Of a stretch of DNA of 64,000 nt, positions 1 through 9,784 are shown in pieces (the stretch's first letter is position 1; each line of letters starts with the position of its first letter). The translations under genes and the position numbers were made by a program. The DNA lies in assembly GCA_934777505.1 (NCBI GenBank), contig CAKVNM010000001.1, positions 28,977 to 92,976 of the forward strand, read 5' to 3'. The DNA comes from an uncultured Clostridia bacterium (GTDB taxonomy: Bacteria > Bacillota > Clostridia > Christensenellales > UBA1242). The notes beneath the pieces were generated by a model that did not search any database, was not told the origin of the DNA, and was given only the letters and a program-made list of their open reading frames with translations.

Positions 1-32
1 CCCATACAATGTGAGGAGATTTAAACTAAGTC

Positions 33-809
33 ATGGATAAAAATCTTTTAGAGATTAAAAAATTAAAACTAATTTATCATTCCAAGGAAGGTGAAAACGA
101 AGCATTAAAAGACATAAGTTTTAATGTCAAAAGCGGAGAACTTGTTAGTATAGTAGGTCCAAGCGGTTGCGGAAAAACAACCATTTTGTCGCTCATTTCT
201 GGTCTAATAAAATCCAGCGGTGGTGAGATTATTTTGGACGGGAACAAGTCTTCTGGCACTAACAAAAATGTTGGGTATATGTTTCAAAAAGACCACTTGT
301 TTGACTGGCTTACAATCTGGAAAAATGTTTGTCTTGGACTAGATATCACCAAAACAAAAACGGCAGAAAATCAAGATAGAGTTATGAAGTTGCTTGAAAA
401 ATACGGTTTAAAAGAATTTGCTAATCAAAAACCAAGGCAACTTTCGGGCGGAATGAGACAAAGAGTTGCACTAATTCGCACTCTTGCATTAAATCCAAAA
501 CTCTTGCTTTTAGATGAGCCTTTTTCGGCACTCGACTATCAAACAAGATTGCTGGTTGGCGAAGATGTTTGGAATATTATCAAACAGGAAAAGCAAACGG
601 CAATTTTGGTTACTCACGACATTAGCGAAGCCATAAGTCTTAGCGATAGGGTGATTGTTTTGAGTCCAAGACCAAGCGTAGTCAAAAAGATTGTAGAAAT
701 TCCATTTAAAACCGAAAGTCCTTTAAAAAGGCGAGAAAACAAACAGTTTTCAATGATTTTTGACAAGGTTTGGAAGGAGTTGGTAACCGATGAAAAAATC
801 AAAAAATAA
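33..809 (+). CDS. ABC transporter ATP-binding protein, NitT/TauT (SsuB/TauB-like) family
   Basis: Walker A GPSGCGKTT, ABC signature LSGGMRQR, Walker B LLLLDEP, H-loop VTHD; overlaps the downstream permease by 20 nt. Confidence 0.9.
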   Translation: MDKNLLEIKKLKLIYHSKEGENEALKDISFNVKSGELVSIVGPSGCGKTTILSLISGLIKSSGGEIILDGNKSSGTNKNVGYMFQKDHLFDWLTIWKNVCLGLDITKTKTAENQDRVMKLLEKYGLKEFANQKPRQLSGGMRQRVALIRTLALNPKLLLLDEPFSALDYQTRLLVGEDVWNIIKQEKQTAILVTHDISEAISLSDRVIVLSPRPSVVKKIVEIPFKTESPLKRRENKQFSMIFDKVWKELVTDEKIKK

Positions 810-1593
810 TTTTTCACTAGAACATCAAAAATATCTTAAACAGCAGAAAAATCGAAAAATTTTCATTTTTTCCACTCAGGCGATAATTTTAGTTGCATTT
901 TTTGGACTTTGGGAACTACTAACGGCAGTTGGCGTGATGGATAGTTTCATTTTAAGTTCGCCTTCAAGAATTGTAAAAACGGTTGTCGAACTTTTTAGGG
1001 AAGGCAACTTGTGGTATCATATTGGAGTCACGCTCTACGAAGCAGTTTTGGGCTTTTTGCTAGCTACTGGAATTGGCTTTGTTGTTGCGGTAATACTTTG
1101 GTGGAACGACTTTACTCGAAAGGTTTTAGAACCATATTTGGTAGTGCTAAATTCACTTCCAAAAATTGCACTTGGGCCAATCATTATTGTTTGGTTTGGT
1201 GCAGGAACAAAGTCTATTATCTTTATGGCATTTTTGATTATGATAATCATAACAATCATGTCGTTTTTAACAGCGTTTGTTTCGTGCGATGAAGACAAAA
1301 TTTTGCTCCTAAAATCAATGGGAGCAAGCAAGGCTCAAATACTTCTAAAACTGATAATCCCACACTCGCTTCCAGATTTTGTTAGCATTCTCAAAATCAA
1401 TGTTGGAATGACATGGGTAGGAACAATCATGGGAGAATATCTGGTTAGCCGTGCAGGACTTGGCTACTTGATTGTTTATGGTGGTCAGGTGTTCAAACTA
1501 GACCTTGTTATGAGTAGCACAGTAATCCTTTGTTTACTTGCGTCACTTATGTATTCTGTGGTGGCTTTTATCGAAAAAAAGATAAAAGGCTAG
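790..1593 (+). CDS. ABC transporter permease (SsuC/TauC-like)
   Basis: 267-aa multi-TM ORF with EAA-type loop KSMGASKAQILLKLIIPHSLP; translationally coupled to the ATPase. Confidence 0.85.
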   Translation: MKKSKNNFSLEHQKYLKQQKNRKIFIFSTQAIILVAFFGLWELLTAVGVMDSFILSSPSRIVKTVVELFREGNLWYHIGVTLYEAVLGFLLATGIGFVVAVILWWNDFTRKVLEPYLVVLNSLPKIALGPIIIVWFGAGTKSIIFMAFLIMIIITIMSFLTAFVSCDEDKILLLKSMGASKAQILLKLIIPHSLPDFVSILKINVGMTWVGTIMGEYLVSRAGLGYLIVYGGQVFKLDLVMSSTVILCLLASLMYSVVAFIEKKIKG

Positions 1594-1621
1594 AAAATTC
1601 TTTCAAAAATTTATTTTAATA

Positions 1622-1650
1622 TTGACAAATTAACCATGCACTGGTATAAT
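1622..1650 (+). promoter_or_regulatory. Consensus sigma-A type promoter
   Basis: TTGACA (1622-1627), 17-nt spacer, TGg-TATAAT (1642-1650); SD GGAGG follows before the ATG at 1673. Confidence 0.7.
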
Positions 1651-1672
1651 ATTACTAAATTTTGGAGGAAGT

Positions 1673-1909
1673 ATGGTTAATCAACTTTGTTATTCATTAA
1701 AAGATATGTTCACAAATCCAACAGTTATAACATCACTAATTTTCTTGGTTATTGGATTAGCACTTAGTATTCTGGCAAAAAGAATTACAGTTGCAGTTAG
1801 AAAAACAACCGAAATTCCAGCAGACGACAAATTACTTTTAGGTTTAAGAGCAACAGGTTTAGTGCTAATGATGATTGGATTATTATTAATGATTGCAAGT
1901 CTAGTTTAA
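1673..1909 (+). CDS. Small two-TM membrane protein, unknown function
   Basis: 78-aa ORF with two hydrophobic segments, good SD, own promoter and terminator. Confidence 0.6.
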   Translation: MVNQLCYSLKDMFTNPTVITSLIFLVIGLALSILAKRITVAVRKTTEIPADDKLLLGLRATGLVLMMIGLLLMIASLV

Positions 1910-1910
1910 A

Positions 1911-1937
1911 AAGAGTCTACATTTAGACTCTTTTTTT
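1911..1937 (+). terminator. Rho-independent terminator
   Basis: Stem aagagtct (1911-1918) / agactctt (1925-1932), 6-nt loop, T-run to 1937. Confidence 0.8.
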
Positions 1938-2050
1938 GTGCTTAATACAAAATCTTCAAGATATTTTGGACAAGATTAAAAATAGCGGTTATAATGTTAA
2001 TGAGTTAGTAGAAGCATATCAAAAAAGCGGATTTTTAAAAGGAGAATAAA

Positions 2051-3514
2051 ATGACACTAAGAGAACAATTATATAAAAATTATGGTGCGTACAGTAAGAA
2101 GTATTTTGAAATTTTAAGCAAGATGAGTGAAAAAGATAATTTTACTTTGAGTGAAATTGCTAAGGAAACAAACTATGCTTTTAAAATGATAACCGAACTT
2201 GTAAACTTTTTCTCAAATGATATTCAAGCGAGTAATCAAGGCTTATACAATGTTAAAAGTGAATTAAAGCAAGAAATTGATTTTTTGAAAAACTATTTTG
2301 CAGGTTTAGAAAATATTGACCGTGAACAAGCAAAAGCAAAGTATTTGCAATATGCATCAAAATTTACGAGCGACAAAAAAGATTTGGACCATATTTCTGC
2401 AACAGCCGAAACAGCAATAAACAGAGCAATGTATTTGATTGAAAACTATGATGTGGAAAAATTAAATATTGCTTTTTTAGGCGACCATGATTTTACAAGT
2501 ATTGCATTAAATATTTTGATTGATTTTAAAACGACTGTTTTTGATATCGACAATGATATTTTAAATCACATATCAAACTTTAATGAGAATATCATGACTT
2601 TTTATGCTGATTTTAGATTCGGGATCAACAAGATTTTTAATGACAAATTTGACCTTGTTTTTACAGACCCACCATACACAACAAATGGAATGGATTGCTT
2701 TTTGACAAATGCTAAAATTTTGTGTAAAAAAAGCCTTTATTCTGTTATTTTATGTTCATATTATTGTGGCGATTTGTCTATAAAAAACGGTCTAAATGTT
2801 CAACGAATGATACTTGATAGTGGACTTTATATTGAGGAGATTTTGCATAAATTTAATAAGTATAATTTTGCTGAATCGCTAGGTTACACTGCCGATTTAT
2901 ATGTGCTAAGATTAACAAATTTTGCCTACACTAAAAATAGTTTAAAACTTAACAACGAAATAAATATTTATACTCATGGCTTTATGTCTAACGAAAGTAT
3001 GTATCAAATGGAACAATATGCCAATATGCCTATGATAGTAAGGGTTGATGACGGCAAGAGTTTTAATATTTTTACTCTAATAAAGTCATCATTGAATGGC
3101 GATAACTTTGCACTTCCAAAAGAATGTTATTTACAAAATTTTGCAGATTATAAAATCAACTTTGTGCAATTTTTGTTTAATATGAATTTTAAAACTTTGT
3201 ATTTTAAAAGCAAGGAACAATTAAATGAAATTGTTGCCTACGCAAGTCTAACAAAGATTGTAAATGTTGAACAAAACGAAAATATTTATAAAATAAGTTT
3301 GCTAAATAATTTGTATGCAGAACTTATCAAAAGACATAATCTCATGCTCAACAAATTCATTAATTTTGTGCAAAACAAACTGGAAATAACAGATATTCCT
3401 TTTGATGATTATTGCAAAAACATTTTCTACAAATACAAGAATTATCCACTTTCTGTTATTCCATATAAATTTTTATTTAAAATACTAGATTGTTTGACAA
3501 AGAATGAAAAGTAG
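2051..3514 (+). CDS. BpsA/DUF43-like aminopropyl- or methyltransferase-fold protein with about 190-aa C-terminal extension
   Basis: LGDHDFTSIAL and FTDPPYT motifs with spacing resembling the DUF43/branched-polyamine synthase fold (GDDDLTS ... TDPPYT); residues about 300-487 match nothing I recognise. Confidence 0.6.
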   Translation: MTLREQLYKNYGAYSKKYFEILSKMSEKDNFTLSEIAKETNYAFKMITELVNFFSNDIQASNQGLYNVKSELKQEIDFLKNYFAGLENIDREQAKAKYLQYASKFTSDKKDLDHISATAETAINRAMYLIENYDVEKLNIAFLGDHDFTSIALNILIDFKTTVFDIDNDILNHISNFNENIMTFYADFRFGINKIFNDKFDLVFTDPPYTTNGMDCFLTNAKILCKKSLYSVILCSYYCGDLSIKNGLNVQRMILDSGLYIEEILHKFNKYNFAESLGYTADLYVLRLTNFAYTKNSLKLNNEINIYTHGFMSNESMYQMEQYANMPMIVRVDDGKSFNIFTLIKSSLNGDNFALPKECYLQNFADYKINFVQFLFNMNFKTLYFKSKEQLNEIVAYASLTKIVNVEQNENIYKISLLNNLYAELIKRHNLMLNKFINFVQNKLEITDIPFDDYCKNIFYKYKNYPLSVIPYKFLFKILDCLTKNEK

Positions 3515-3550
3515 TTGTTATTTAACAGTATAATAAAGTTGGTTGTAGTA

Positions 3551-3580
3551 AAAAAGGCGTTTCACACGCCTTTTTTGTTT
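3551..3580 (+). terminator. Rho-independent terminator (for 2051..3514)
   Basis: aaaaaggcgt / acgcctttttt hairpin with loop ttcac, then T-run. Confidence 0.75.
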
Positions 3581-3590
3581 ATGTTAAAAT

Positions 3591-3627
3591 AAAAACCGCA
3601 GGGGAGAGTCCCACTTGCGGTTTTTTT
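3591..3627 (-). terminator. Rho-independent terminator (for minus-strand 3630..4184)
   Basis: aaaaaccgca ... tgcggttttttt hairpin flanked by A- and T-runs; usable on either strand. Confidence 0.7.
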
Positions 3628-3629
3628 AG

Positions 3630-4184
3630 TTAGTTTTCGCTGTTGTCGGTGAGTAGTTCGTAGATTGTTTCGTAAATATTTGGGGCTTTATCTTTCCATT
3701 TTTTGCAGACTTTTGTGGCTTGTGCGTTTGTTTGCATAATAACCTTGATTTCAAAGATATTTTTGCCTTCTAAGGGGTCTTTTATTTGCAAAGTGCAAAG
3801 ATATGAGCCGTCTTTGTTTTTTAGGAATTTGCCAACATATTCTTGTGCTTTTTTAAAGTTCATGCGGTTTGCTTTGGCAAAGGTTGTGATTTCTTCTCTC
3901 ATGCTCGAAGGAATTTTTTGAAAGAAGTGCGACAAGCAATTTCGTCCGCTAACAGTTATGTTATATCTACATTCGCTGTCGCTATCAATGGTCTTGTATA
4001 TGAATTTTACATCAATAAGTTGCCACATAACATCTTTGCAATCCATGTAGTTTAGCCAGTCGTTTTTGTTTGTGCAAATGTCAATAATGCTGTTTTCGGT
4101 TAGTGGAATTTCCATTTTATCAAGCACAAAAAGTAGTATTAATTTGTTAACTGTACTGTCTGCAACAAAGTCTGTTTCCATCAT
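3630..4184 (-). CDS. DUF4364-like putative regulator (Clostridia-type)
   Basis: 184 aa; N-terminus NKLILLFVLDKMEIPLTENSIIDI resembles the winged-helix DUF4364 family as I remember it; SD GGAGA upstream. Confidence 0.5.
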   Translation of the reverse strand: MMETDFVADSTVNKLILLFVLDKMEIPLTENSIIDICTNKNDWLNYMDCKDVMWQLIDVKFIYKTIDSDSECRYNITVSGRNCLSHFFQKIPSSMREEITTFAKANRMNFKKAQEYVGKFLKNKDGSYLCTLQIKDPLEGKNIFEIKVIMQTNAQATKVCKKWKDKAPNIYETIYELLTDNSEN

Positions 4185-4323
4185 TTTTCTCCAATTTCGT
4201 TAATTAGAGCAAGTATATCACACAAAAATGCTGTTGTAAATAAAAAAATCTTTTTATAATTATTTAATTTTCCAAAAATGTATGCTATAATAAATCATAT
4301 CATAAAAAAGGAACGGAAAAATT

Positions 4324-5133
4324 ATGGAACAAATCACAAGCGAAGAACTTTCAAAAATCAAGGCTTTTATTACAAGTTGCGATGATATGATAAATGGCAA
4401 ATTTATCTTGGCAGACATCAAAATTTTAAAGATACTCAACATGATTGCGTCTAGCGAGCCACTATATCGTTATATCCAAGAGTGCATGATTGATTTTAAC
4501 TTTGAAAGAGAATATTCAAGGTCACAAGTCAAAAATCGCATCAATAATGCAAACTTTACAGCACCAGACAACTCAAAAGCACTTGTAGCCATGGTGTTTT
4601 CGCTTTTGGTTGAGTTTGACAAAAAACATATTGATTTTTATCACTTTATCAATACAAACTTTGCAACTTTAACAAAGGGCGGAGAATATGAAAACTTTGC
4701 AAGGACTCTCTTAATTCCGTTTAGAGATGCCATTGCTAGTCGTTTTGGACTGATTGATGGTGGCGCTGTGAACACTCCAAAGGAACAAACTTCTCCTTTT
4801 GAAAAACGCCCTGAGCCGCAAGTTAGCGAAACACAAGAAGACCCAGAGCCAGAAGAACCAGCCGAAGACGAAGTTGTTTGGAAGAATATTGGCGTGCTTG
4901 TGGACAACGCAAGTTCAAACCTTATGATTGACAGAAAAGTAAAAGGCGAAGCAAAAGAAAACAGTCTTTACACTTTGAAGACAATTAAATATGCAACAAA
5001 GTATAAAGACATGAGGCTTATCAGCGCTCTTGTTCTAGCGGTGGAAGTTATGACTGCAAAATCTCACACAATCAAGATTATTCTAAACGAAATCAAAAGT
5101 GAAATTCAAAAGTACTACGAACTTATGAAATAA
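4324..5133 (+). CDS. Hypothetical protein with acidic Pro/Glu-rich linker
   Basis: 269-aa ORF with SD AAGGAA; central PEPQVSETQEDPEPEEPAEDE linker; no recognisable motifs. Confidence 0.6.
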   Translation: MEQITSEELSKIKAFITSCDDMINGKFILADIKILKILNMIASSEPLYRYIQECMIDFNFEREYSRSQVKNRINNANFTAPDNSKALVAMVFSLLVEFDKKHIDFYHFINTNFATLTKGGEYENFARTLLIPFRDAIASRFGLIDGGAVNTPKEQTSPFEKRPEPQVSETQEDPEPEEPAEDEVVWKNIGVLVDNASSNLMIDRKVKGEAKENSLYTLKTIKYATKYKDMRLISALVLAVEVMTAKSHTIKIILNEIKSEIQKYYELMK

Positions 5134-6138
5134 TCACAAAAATATTAAACACAAAAGATAACAAATAACACAGGCAAATATTGTTTGTGTTATTTTTTGT
5201 GCAAAGTAAAATTTGGTGCTAACTTTGGCTTTGGTCAAAAAAGATAACGATTGTGCATGAATGCTCATTCCGCCAAATGTTATAACTCCACTGCAAATGG
5301 TGGTTTTTGTTATTAGCGGAATGGGAAGAGAAGTAAGTTCTTTGCAACCACGAGTAACTTCGATAATTCCAAAACTTAGACTATTCGCAACTTGTTTTAA
5401 TCCTAGCGGAGAGAATATCAATTCCAAAAGTTTTTGCAAAGGAAGAATTATGTTGGTGTCGGCAAGAATATCTATAATCATATAGAACATTGCAACAAAT
5501 CCACCAACAACCATAACTGACATAATAGAGTTTGTCATAACTCTTGATAGCATGGTGGAGTAATCGGTTGGCTTAGATTTGTCCATTTTGTTTTCGTCAT
5601 TGCTGGCGTATGCTTTCCTAAACAAAATGCCGTTTAGGATTGCACTTAAAATATGAGAAGCATATAAAATATAGCCAAGACGAATATCGCCAAGCATAAT
5701 TGCTCCCACTGTGCCGATAATAAATAGTGGCCCACTTGTTGAACAAAAGGTTGTTAACTTGTTGGCTTGCCTAGACGATATCACTCCGTTTTCGTAAAAG
5801 TCGCTAATTAGTTTTGCCCCAACGGGATAGCCAGAGATAATGCTCATGCCAAAGATGTAGCCCGAACACCTTGGAGCGTTAAATAGCAGTTTGTTAACTT
5901 TTTCAAACTTGCCAAAAAACTTGTCCAAACTTTTTAATTCAGTTAAAAGTTTTGTAATAACAAAAAACGGGAAAAGACTAGGCAACACACAACTAACCCA
6001 TATAACAAGTCCGTTATAGCAAGAGTTGATATATTTTGCGGGATTAATTATGAGCATTGCGGTTAATAAAATTAAAAATGCAGATGTTATTAAAATAGAA
6101 AAATTTACTTTTTTGCTTTGTGTAATTGCATTATTCAT
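5134..6138 (-). CDS. ylbJ: YlbJ-like sporulation integral membrane protein (nucleoside-recognition/Gate domains)
   Basis: 334-aa polytopic ORF; N-terminal NGLVIWVSCVLPSLFPFFVITKLL matches the YlbJ pattern (WWEVVFPSLLPFFI) from memory. Confidence 0.65.
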   Translation of the reverse strand: MNNAITQSKKVNFSILITSAFLILLTAMLIINPAKYINSCYNGLVIWVSCVLPSLFPFFVITKLLTELKSLDKFFGKFEKVNKLLFNAPRCSGYIFGMSIISGYPVGAKLISDFYENGVISSRQANKLTTFCSTSGPLFIIGTVGAIMLGDIRLGYILYASHILSAILNGILFRKAYASNDENKMDKSKPTDYSTMLSRVMTNSIMSVMVVGGFVAMFYMIIDILADTNIILPLQKLLELIFSPLGLKQVANSLSFGIIEVTRGCKELTSLPIPLITKTTICSGVITFGGMSIHAQSLSFLTKAKVSTKFYFAQKITQTIFACVICYLLCLIFL

Positions 6139-6146
6139 TGTATAGT

Positions 6147-6152
6147 ATTATA
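6147..6152 (-). promoter_or_regulatory. -10 box 8 nt upstream of the ylbJ-like ATG (near-leaderless candidate)
   Basis: Minus strand reads taactaagTATAATactatacaATG; no SD in the 8-nt gap. Confidence 0.35.
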
Positions 6153-6171
6153 CTTAGTTAACGGAGAGAAT

Positions 6172-7005
6172 ATGAAACAACAAAACGGCAAACCTTTAAA
6201 AATTGGTCTAGCACTAGGAGGCGGAGCAGCACTTGGCTTTGCTCATATTGGAGTAATCAAAGTTTTGCAGGAAAATGGCATAAATATCGACTATGTTGCA
6301 GGCACTTCCATGGGGTCTGTTATTGGCTCGCTTTTTGCTTGCGGAATGACTGTTGATAAAATGCTTGAAGCAGTCAAAACTTTTGATATCAAAAAAATCA
6401 CAAAACTTAATGGTTTTAGGATTATAAAGGAAGGACTTTATAACACCGAACGATTGGAAGAATACATCGAAACATTGGCAAACACCAAACTTGTTGAACA
6501 AACAAAAATTCCGTTTAGATGCAATGCTGTTGATTTGTACACTGGCAAAGAATATGTTTTCAAAAGCGGTAGTTTGGGTCAGGCAGTTCGGGCTAGCAGT
6601 GCAATTCCGGGGTTGTTTAAACCAGTTAGAAAAGATAATATGCTACTTGTTGACGGCGGTGTTGTTAACAATATTCCATTTAATATTGCAAAACAAATGG
6701 GTGCTGATTTCGTTATAGCAGTTGATGTATGCCCAAAGTATGTTAAAAAGGAAAAGATTAGCAATATTGTCGAAGTTATAACCAACTCGTTTGGACTAAT
6801 TCAAAACAAGCACGAACTTGCACGCCGAGCAGAACTTAAACAAGTTGGCTTTGTGCTAGAAATCTCGTCAACCAGAAATGAGCAAGATTATTCGTTGGAA
6901 GCCATGAATAGTGCTTATGAACTTGGAGTTGAAATCACGCAGAAAAACATTCTAAAACTCAAAAGAGCCATCACAAAACGCAAAAAAGAACTTGGAAAGG
7001 TTTAG
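6172..7005 (+). CDS. Patatin-like phospholipase
   Basis: GGGAALGFAHIG oxyanion motif, GTSMG nucleophile (GxSxG), VDGG Asp motif; SD GGAGAG before the ATG at 6172 (the ORF-track start 6118 is an upstream extension). Confidence 0.85.
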   Translation: MKQQNGKPLKIGLALGGGAALGFAHIGVIKVLQENGINIDYVAGTSMGSVIGSLFACGMTVDKMLEAVKTFDIKKITKLNGFRIIKEGLYNTERLEEYIETLANTKLVEQTKIPFRCNAVDLYTGKEYVFKSGSLGQAVRASSAIPGLFKPVRKDNMLLVDGGVVNNIPFNIAKQMGADFVIAVDVCPKYVKKEKISNIVEVITNSFGLIQNKHELARRAELKQVGFVLEISSTRNEQDYSLEAMNSAYELGVEITQKNILKLKRAITKRKKELGKV

Positions 7006-7086
7006 AAAAATAATATTTGAAAAAAATTATAGACAAAATATTCTAAAAAATATATAATAGACTTAGTAAAAATTTTAGGAGAAGTT

Positions 7087-8292
7087 ATGAAAGTACTCGT
7101 AGTAAACGCTGGAAGTTCAAGTTTGAAATATCAACTTCTTGATATGGACACAGAAGAAGTGCTTGCCAAAGGCAATGCCGAAAGAATTGGACTAGACAAA
7201 TCATTTTTAAAACACAAAGCAAAAGGTCTTGAAACGATTATCGAAAAAGACCTTCCAAATCACGCAGTTGCAATCAATCTTATTTTGTCAACACTTTGCG
7301 ACCCACAAATTGGTGTTATTCACGACATCAAGGAAATTGATGCATTCGGTCACAGAGTTGTTTCTGGTGGCGAAAAATATTGTGAATCATGCTTGGTTAA
7401 CAAAGAAATCGTCAAGGATTTGAAAAATCTTGTTGATTTTGCACCACTTCACGCAATTCCAAATGCAGCAGGAATTGAAGGTTGCATGGCTTGTGCACCA
7501 GATATTCCAAATGTTGCAGTGTTCGACACAGCATTTTTGTCGACAATGCCAGAAAAAGCATATTTGTATGCTTTGCCAATGGAATTATATCGTGACTACA
7601 AGGTTAGAAGATATGGTGCTCACGGCACATCGCACAAGTTTGTTGGACAAATGCTAGCAGACTATATCGGCAAGCCTTTTGACAAGTGCAAACTTATCAC
7701 TTGCCACCTTGGTAATGGCTCTTCAATCACCGCAATCAAGAACGGAAAGTGTGTTGATACTTCTATGGGTATGACACCACTTGAAGGCATGATTATGGGA
7801 ACAAGAGCAGGCGACCTTGACGCAAATATTTTGAATTTTGTTGCAAAGAAAAAAGGTTGGTCACTCCAAAGAGTAACCGAAATGCTTAACAAGGAAAGTG
7901 GACTTCTTGGAATTAGCGAAGTTTCAAGTGACATGAGAGATTTGCTAGAAGCGATTGACAAAGGCAATCATCAAGCAAAACTTGCACTAGATATGCTCGC
8001 TTACAGAGTAAAAAAATATATTGGTGCATACTATGCAGCAATGAACGGTGTTGACGCAATTTGCTTTACGGCAGGCGTTGGCGAAAACACACCAGAACTA
8101 AGAGAAATTGTTTTGACCGACATGGAAAATCTTGGAATTGAGTTTGACAAAAAAGCCAACTACTCAGTGCCTCGTGGTCAAGCAGGAAAAATCAGCACCG
8201 ATTGTAGCAAAGTTCAAGTTTATGTTATTCCAACAAACGAAGAACTTGCAATCGCAAGAGAAACAGTTGATGTTTTGGCTAAAAAACAATAA
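7087..8292 (+). CDS. ackA: Acetate kinase
   Basis: MKVLVVNAGSSSLKYQL N-terminus, GAHGTSH, and TNEELAIA near the C-terminus. Confidence 0.95.
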   Translation: MKVLVVNAGSSSLKYQLLDMDTEEVLAKGNAERIGLDKSFLKHKAKGLETIIEKDLPNHAVAINLILSTLCDPQIGVIHDIKEIDAFGHRVVSGGEKYCESCLVNKEIVKDLKNLVDFAPLHAIPNAAGIEGCMACAPDIPNVAVFDTAFLSTMPEKAYLYALPMELYRDYKVRRYGAHGTSHKFVGQMLADYIGKPFDKCKLITCHLGNGSSITAIKNGKCVDTSMGMTPLEGMIMGTRAGDLDANILNFVAKKKGWSLQRVTEMLNKESGLLGISEVSSDMRDLLEAIDKGNHQAKLALDMLAYRVKKYIGAYYAAMNGVDAICFTAGVGENTPELREIVLTDMENLGIEFDKKANYSVPRGQAGKISTDCSKVQVYVIPTNEELAIARETVDVLAKKQ

Positions 8293-8298
8293 AAGTGA

Positions 8299-8327
8299 TT
8301 GACAACATCAAAAAAAAGTTATATAAT
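8299..8327 (+). promoter_or_regulatory. Consensus sigma-A type promoter of rpmF
   Basis: TTGACA (8299-8304), 17-nt spacer, TATAAT (8322-8327). Confidence 0.7.
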
Positions 8328-8377
8328 CACTTAGTTAATGAAAAAAATAACCTAAAATAATAGGAGGTTCTTACAAT

Positions 8378-8578
8378 ATGGCAGTTCCAAAGGAGAAAGT
8401 TTCAAGAGCAAGACGCGATAAAAGACGCGCAAGCAACTGGAAAGTTTCAGCACCTTCAATGACAGAATGTCCTCATTGTCATGAAATGAAACAACCACAC
8501 AAAGTTTGTAAAAAGTGTGGATACTACGATGGCGTAGAAGTTATCAGCATGCAAAAGGAAGAAAAGAAGGCTAAGTAA
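8378..8578 (+). CDS. rpmF: 50S ribosomal protein L32
   Basis: MAVPKEKVSRARRDKRRA N-terminus; zinc ribbon CPHC...CKKC. Confidence 0.95.
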   Translation: MAVPKEKVSRARRDKRRASNWKVSAPSMTECPHCHEMKQPHKVCKKCGYYDGVEVISMQKEEKKAK

Positions 8579-8603
8579 TTTTCTTGAAATAGTAGTTGAA
8601 AAG

Positions 8604-8627
8604 GCAGAGTTTTTCTCTGCTTTTTTT
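8604..8627 (+). terminator. Rho-independent terminator
   Basis: gcagag / ctctgc stem, 5-nt loop, 7-T run. Confidence 0.75.
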
Positions 8628-8731
8628 GTGCTGATATTATTAGCAAATGAATTTTGTTTTTTTTATTGATTAAACAAAAAATTTGTTATATAATAACAAT
8701 AGATTAAATTTAACTGTATTTGGAGAAAATC

Positions 8732-9772
8732 ATGAAAGTAGTAATAGATGCTTTTGGTGGCGACAACGCTCCAAAAGAGATAATAAAAGGTGCAATTTTG
8801 GCACTAAACGAGTTTAAGGACTTAACAATAGTTCTTAGCGGAAATCAAGAGATTATTAACACCGAAATAAGTAATCTAAAAACCGAAAAAGAGTATGCAA
8901 ATTTTGACGAGTCAAGACTAGAAATTTTGCACGCAACCGAAGTTATCACAAACTTTGACAAGCCAACCGAAGTTATTAGAACAAAAAAAGATAGTTCGCT
9001 TGTTAAGGCACTCGATTTGTTAAAGCAGGACGAAGATGTTATTGCAGTTATTTCAGCAGGAAGCACGGGCGCTGTTTTGACTGGCGGATTTATGAAAATC
9101 GGCAGACTAAAAGGACTTTCTCGTCCAGCACTTTGCCCAGCAATTCCAACACTCAGTGGCAAGCCTGTAATCTTGATTGATTGCGGTGCAAACATGGATT
9201 GCAAGCCAGTAAACTTGCTACACTTTGCGGTTATGGGCTCAAATTACTACAAGGCTATGTTTGGCGAAGAAAATCCAAAAGTAGCACTTTTGTCGGTTGG
9301 AACGGAAGACGAAAAGGGCAACGAACTTGTTAAAAAAACATTCCCACACATGAAAGATTTGCCAATAAATTTTGTTGGAAATATGGAAGCAAGAGATTTT
9401 TTGTCGGGCGACTATCAAGTTGTTGTTAGTGATGGATTTGCTGGTAACACTTTGCTAAAATCCACAGAAGGAGCGGTGCTTGGCATTGTAAAACTTTTAA
9501 AAGACACTCTAAAATCTGGCTCGCTATCAACAAAAGTTGGTGGAATGTTAATCAAAAAACCACTCAAAAAAATGCTCAAACAGTTTGATTATTCCAACCA
9601 TGGTGGTTCGCCATTCTTGGGACTAAAAAAGACGGTTATCAAGGCTCACGGCTCGTCAAAAGCAAAGAGCATTTGCGAATGTGTTAGACAGGCAGTTATG
9701 CTGAAAAATTCCAACTGCAATGAGTTGATTGAAAAAGAAATTTCTTCCCTTAACATTAATTTGGAAGACTAA
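8732..9772 (+). CDS. plsX: Phosphate acyltransferase PlsX
   Basis: MKVVIDAFGGDNAP, SAGSTGA, and GFAGN motifs; SD GGAGA at 8722 favours ATG 8732 over the track start 8720. Confidence 0.93.
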   Translation: MKVVIDAFGGDNAPKEIIKGAILALNEFKDLTIVLSGNQEIINTEISNLKTEKEYANFDESRLEILHATEVITNFDKPTEVIRTKKDSSLVKALDLLKQDEDVIAVISAGSTGAVLTGGFMKIGRLKGLSRPALCPAIPTLSGKPVILIDCGANMDCKPVNLLHFAVMGSNYYKAMFGEENPKVALLSVGTEDEKGNELVKKTFPHMKDLPINFVGNMEARDFLSGDYQVVVSDGFAGNTLLKSTEGAVLGIVKLLKDTLKSGSLSTKVGGMLIKKPLKKMLKQFDYSNHGGSPFLGLKKTVIKAHGSSKAKSICECVRQAVMLKNSNCNELIEKEISSLNINLED

Positions 9773-9784
9773 AAAAGAGTGAAT

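Noticed and set aside
5131-5136. Convergent genes whose stop codons directly abut with no intervening terminator (5133/5134, and likewise 31670/31671)
   Set aside because: This is a real feature of the sequence, but it is common in compact genomes, and I see no hairpin or conserved element that gives it special meaning.
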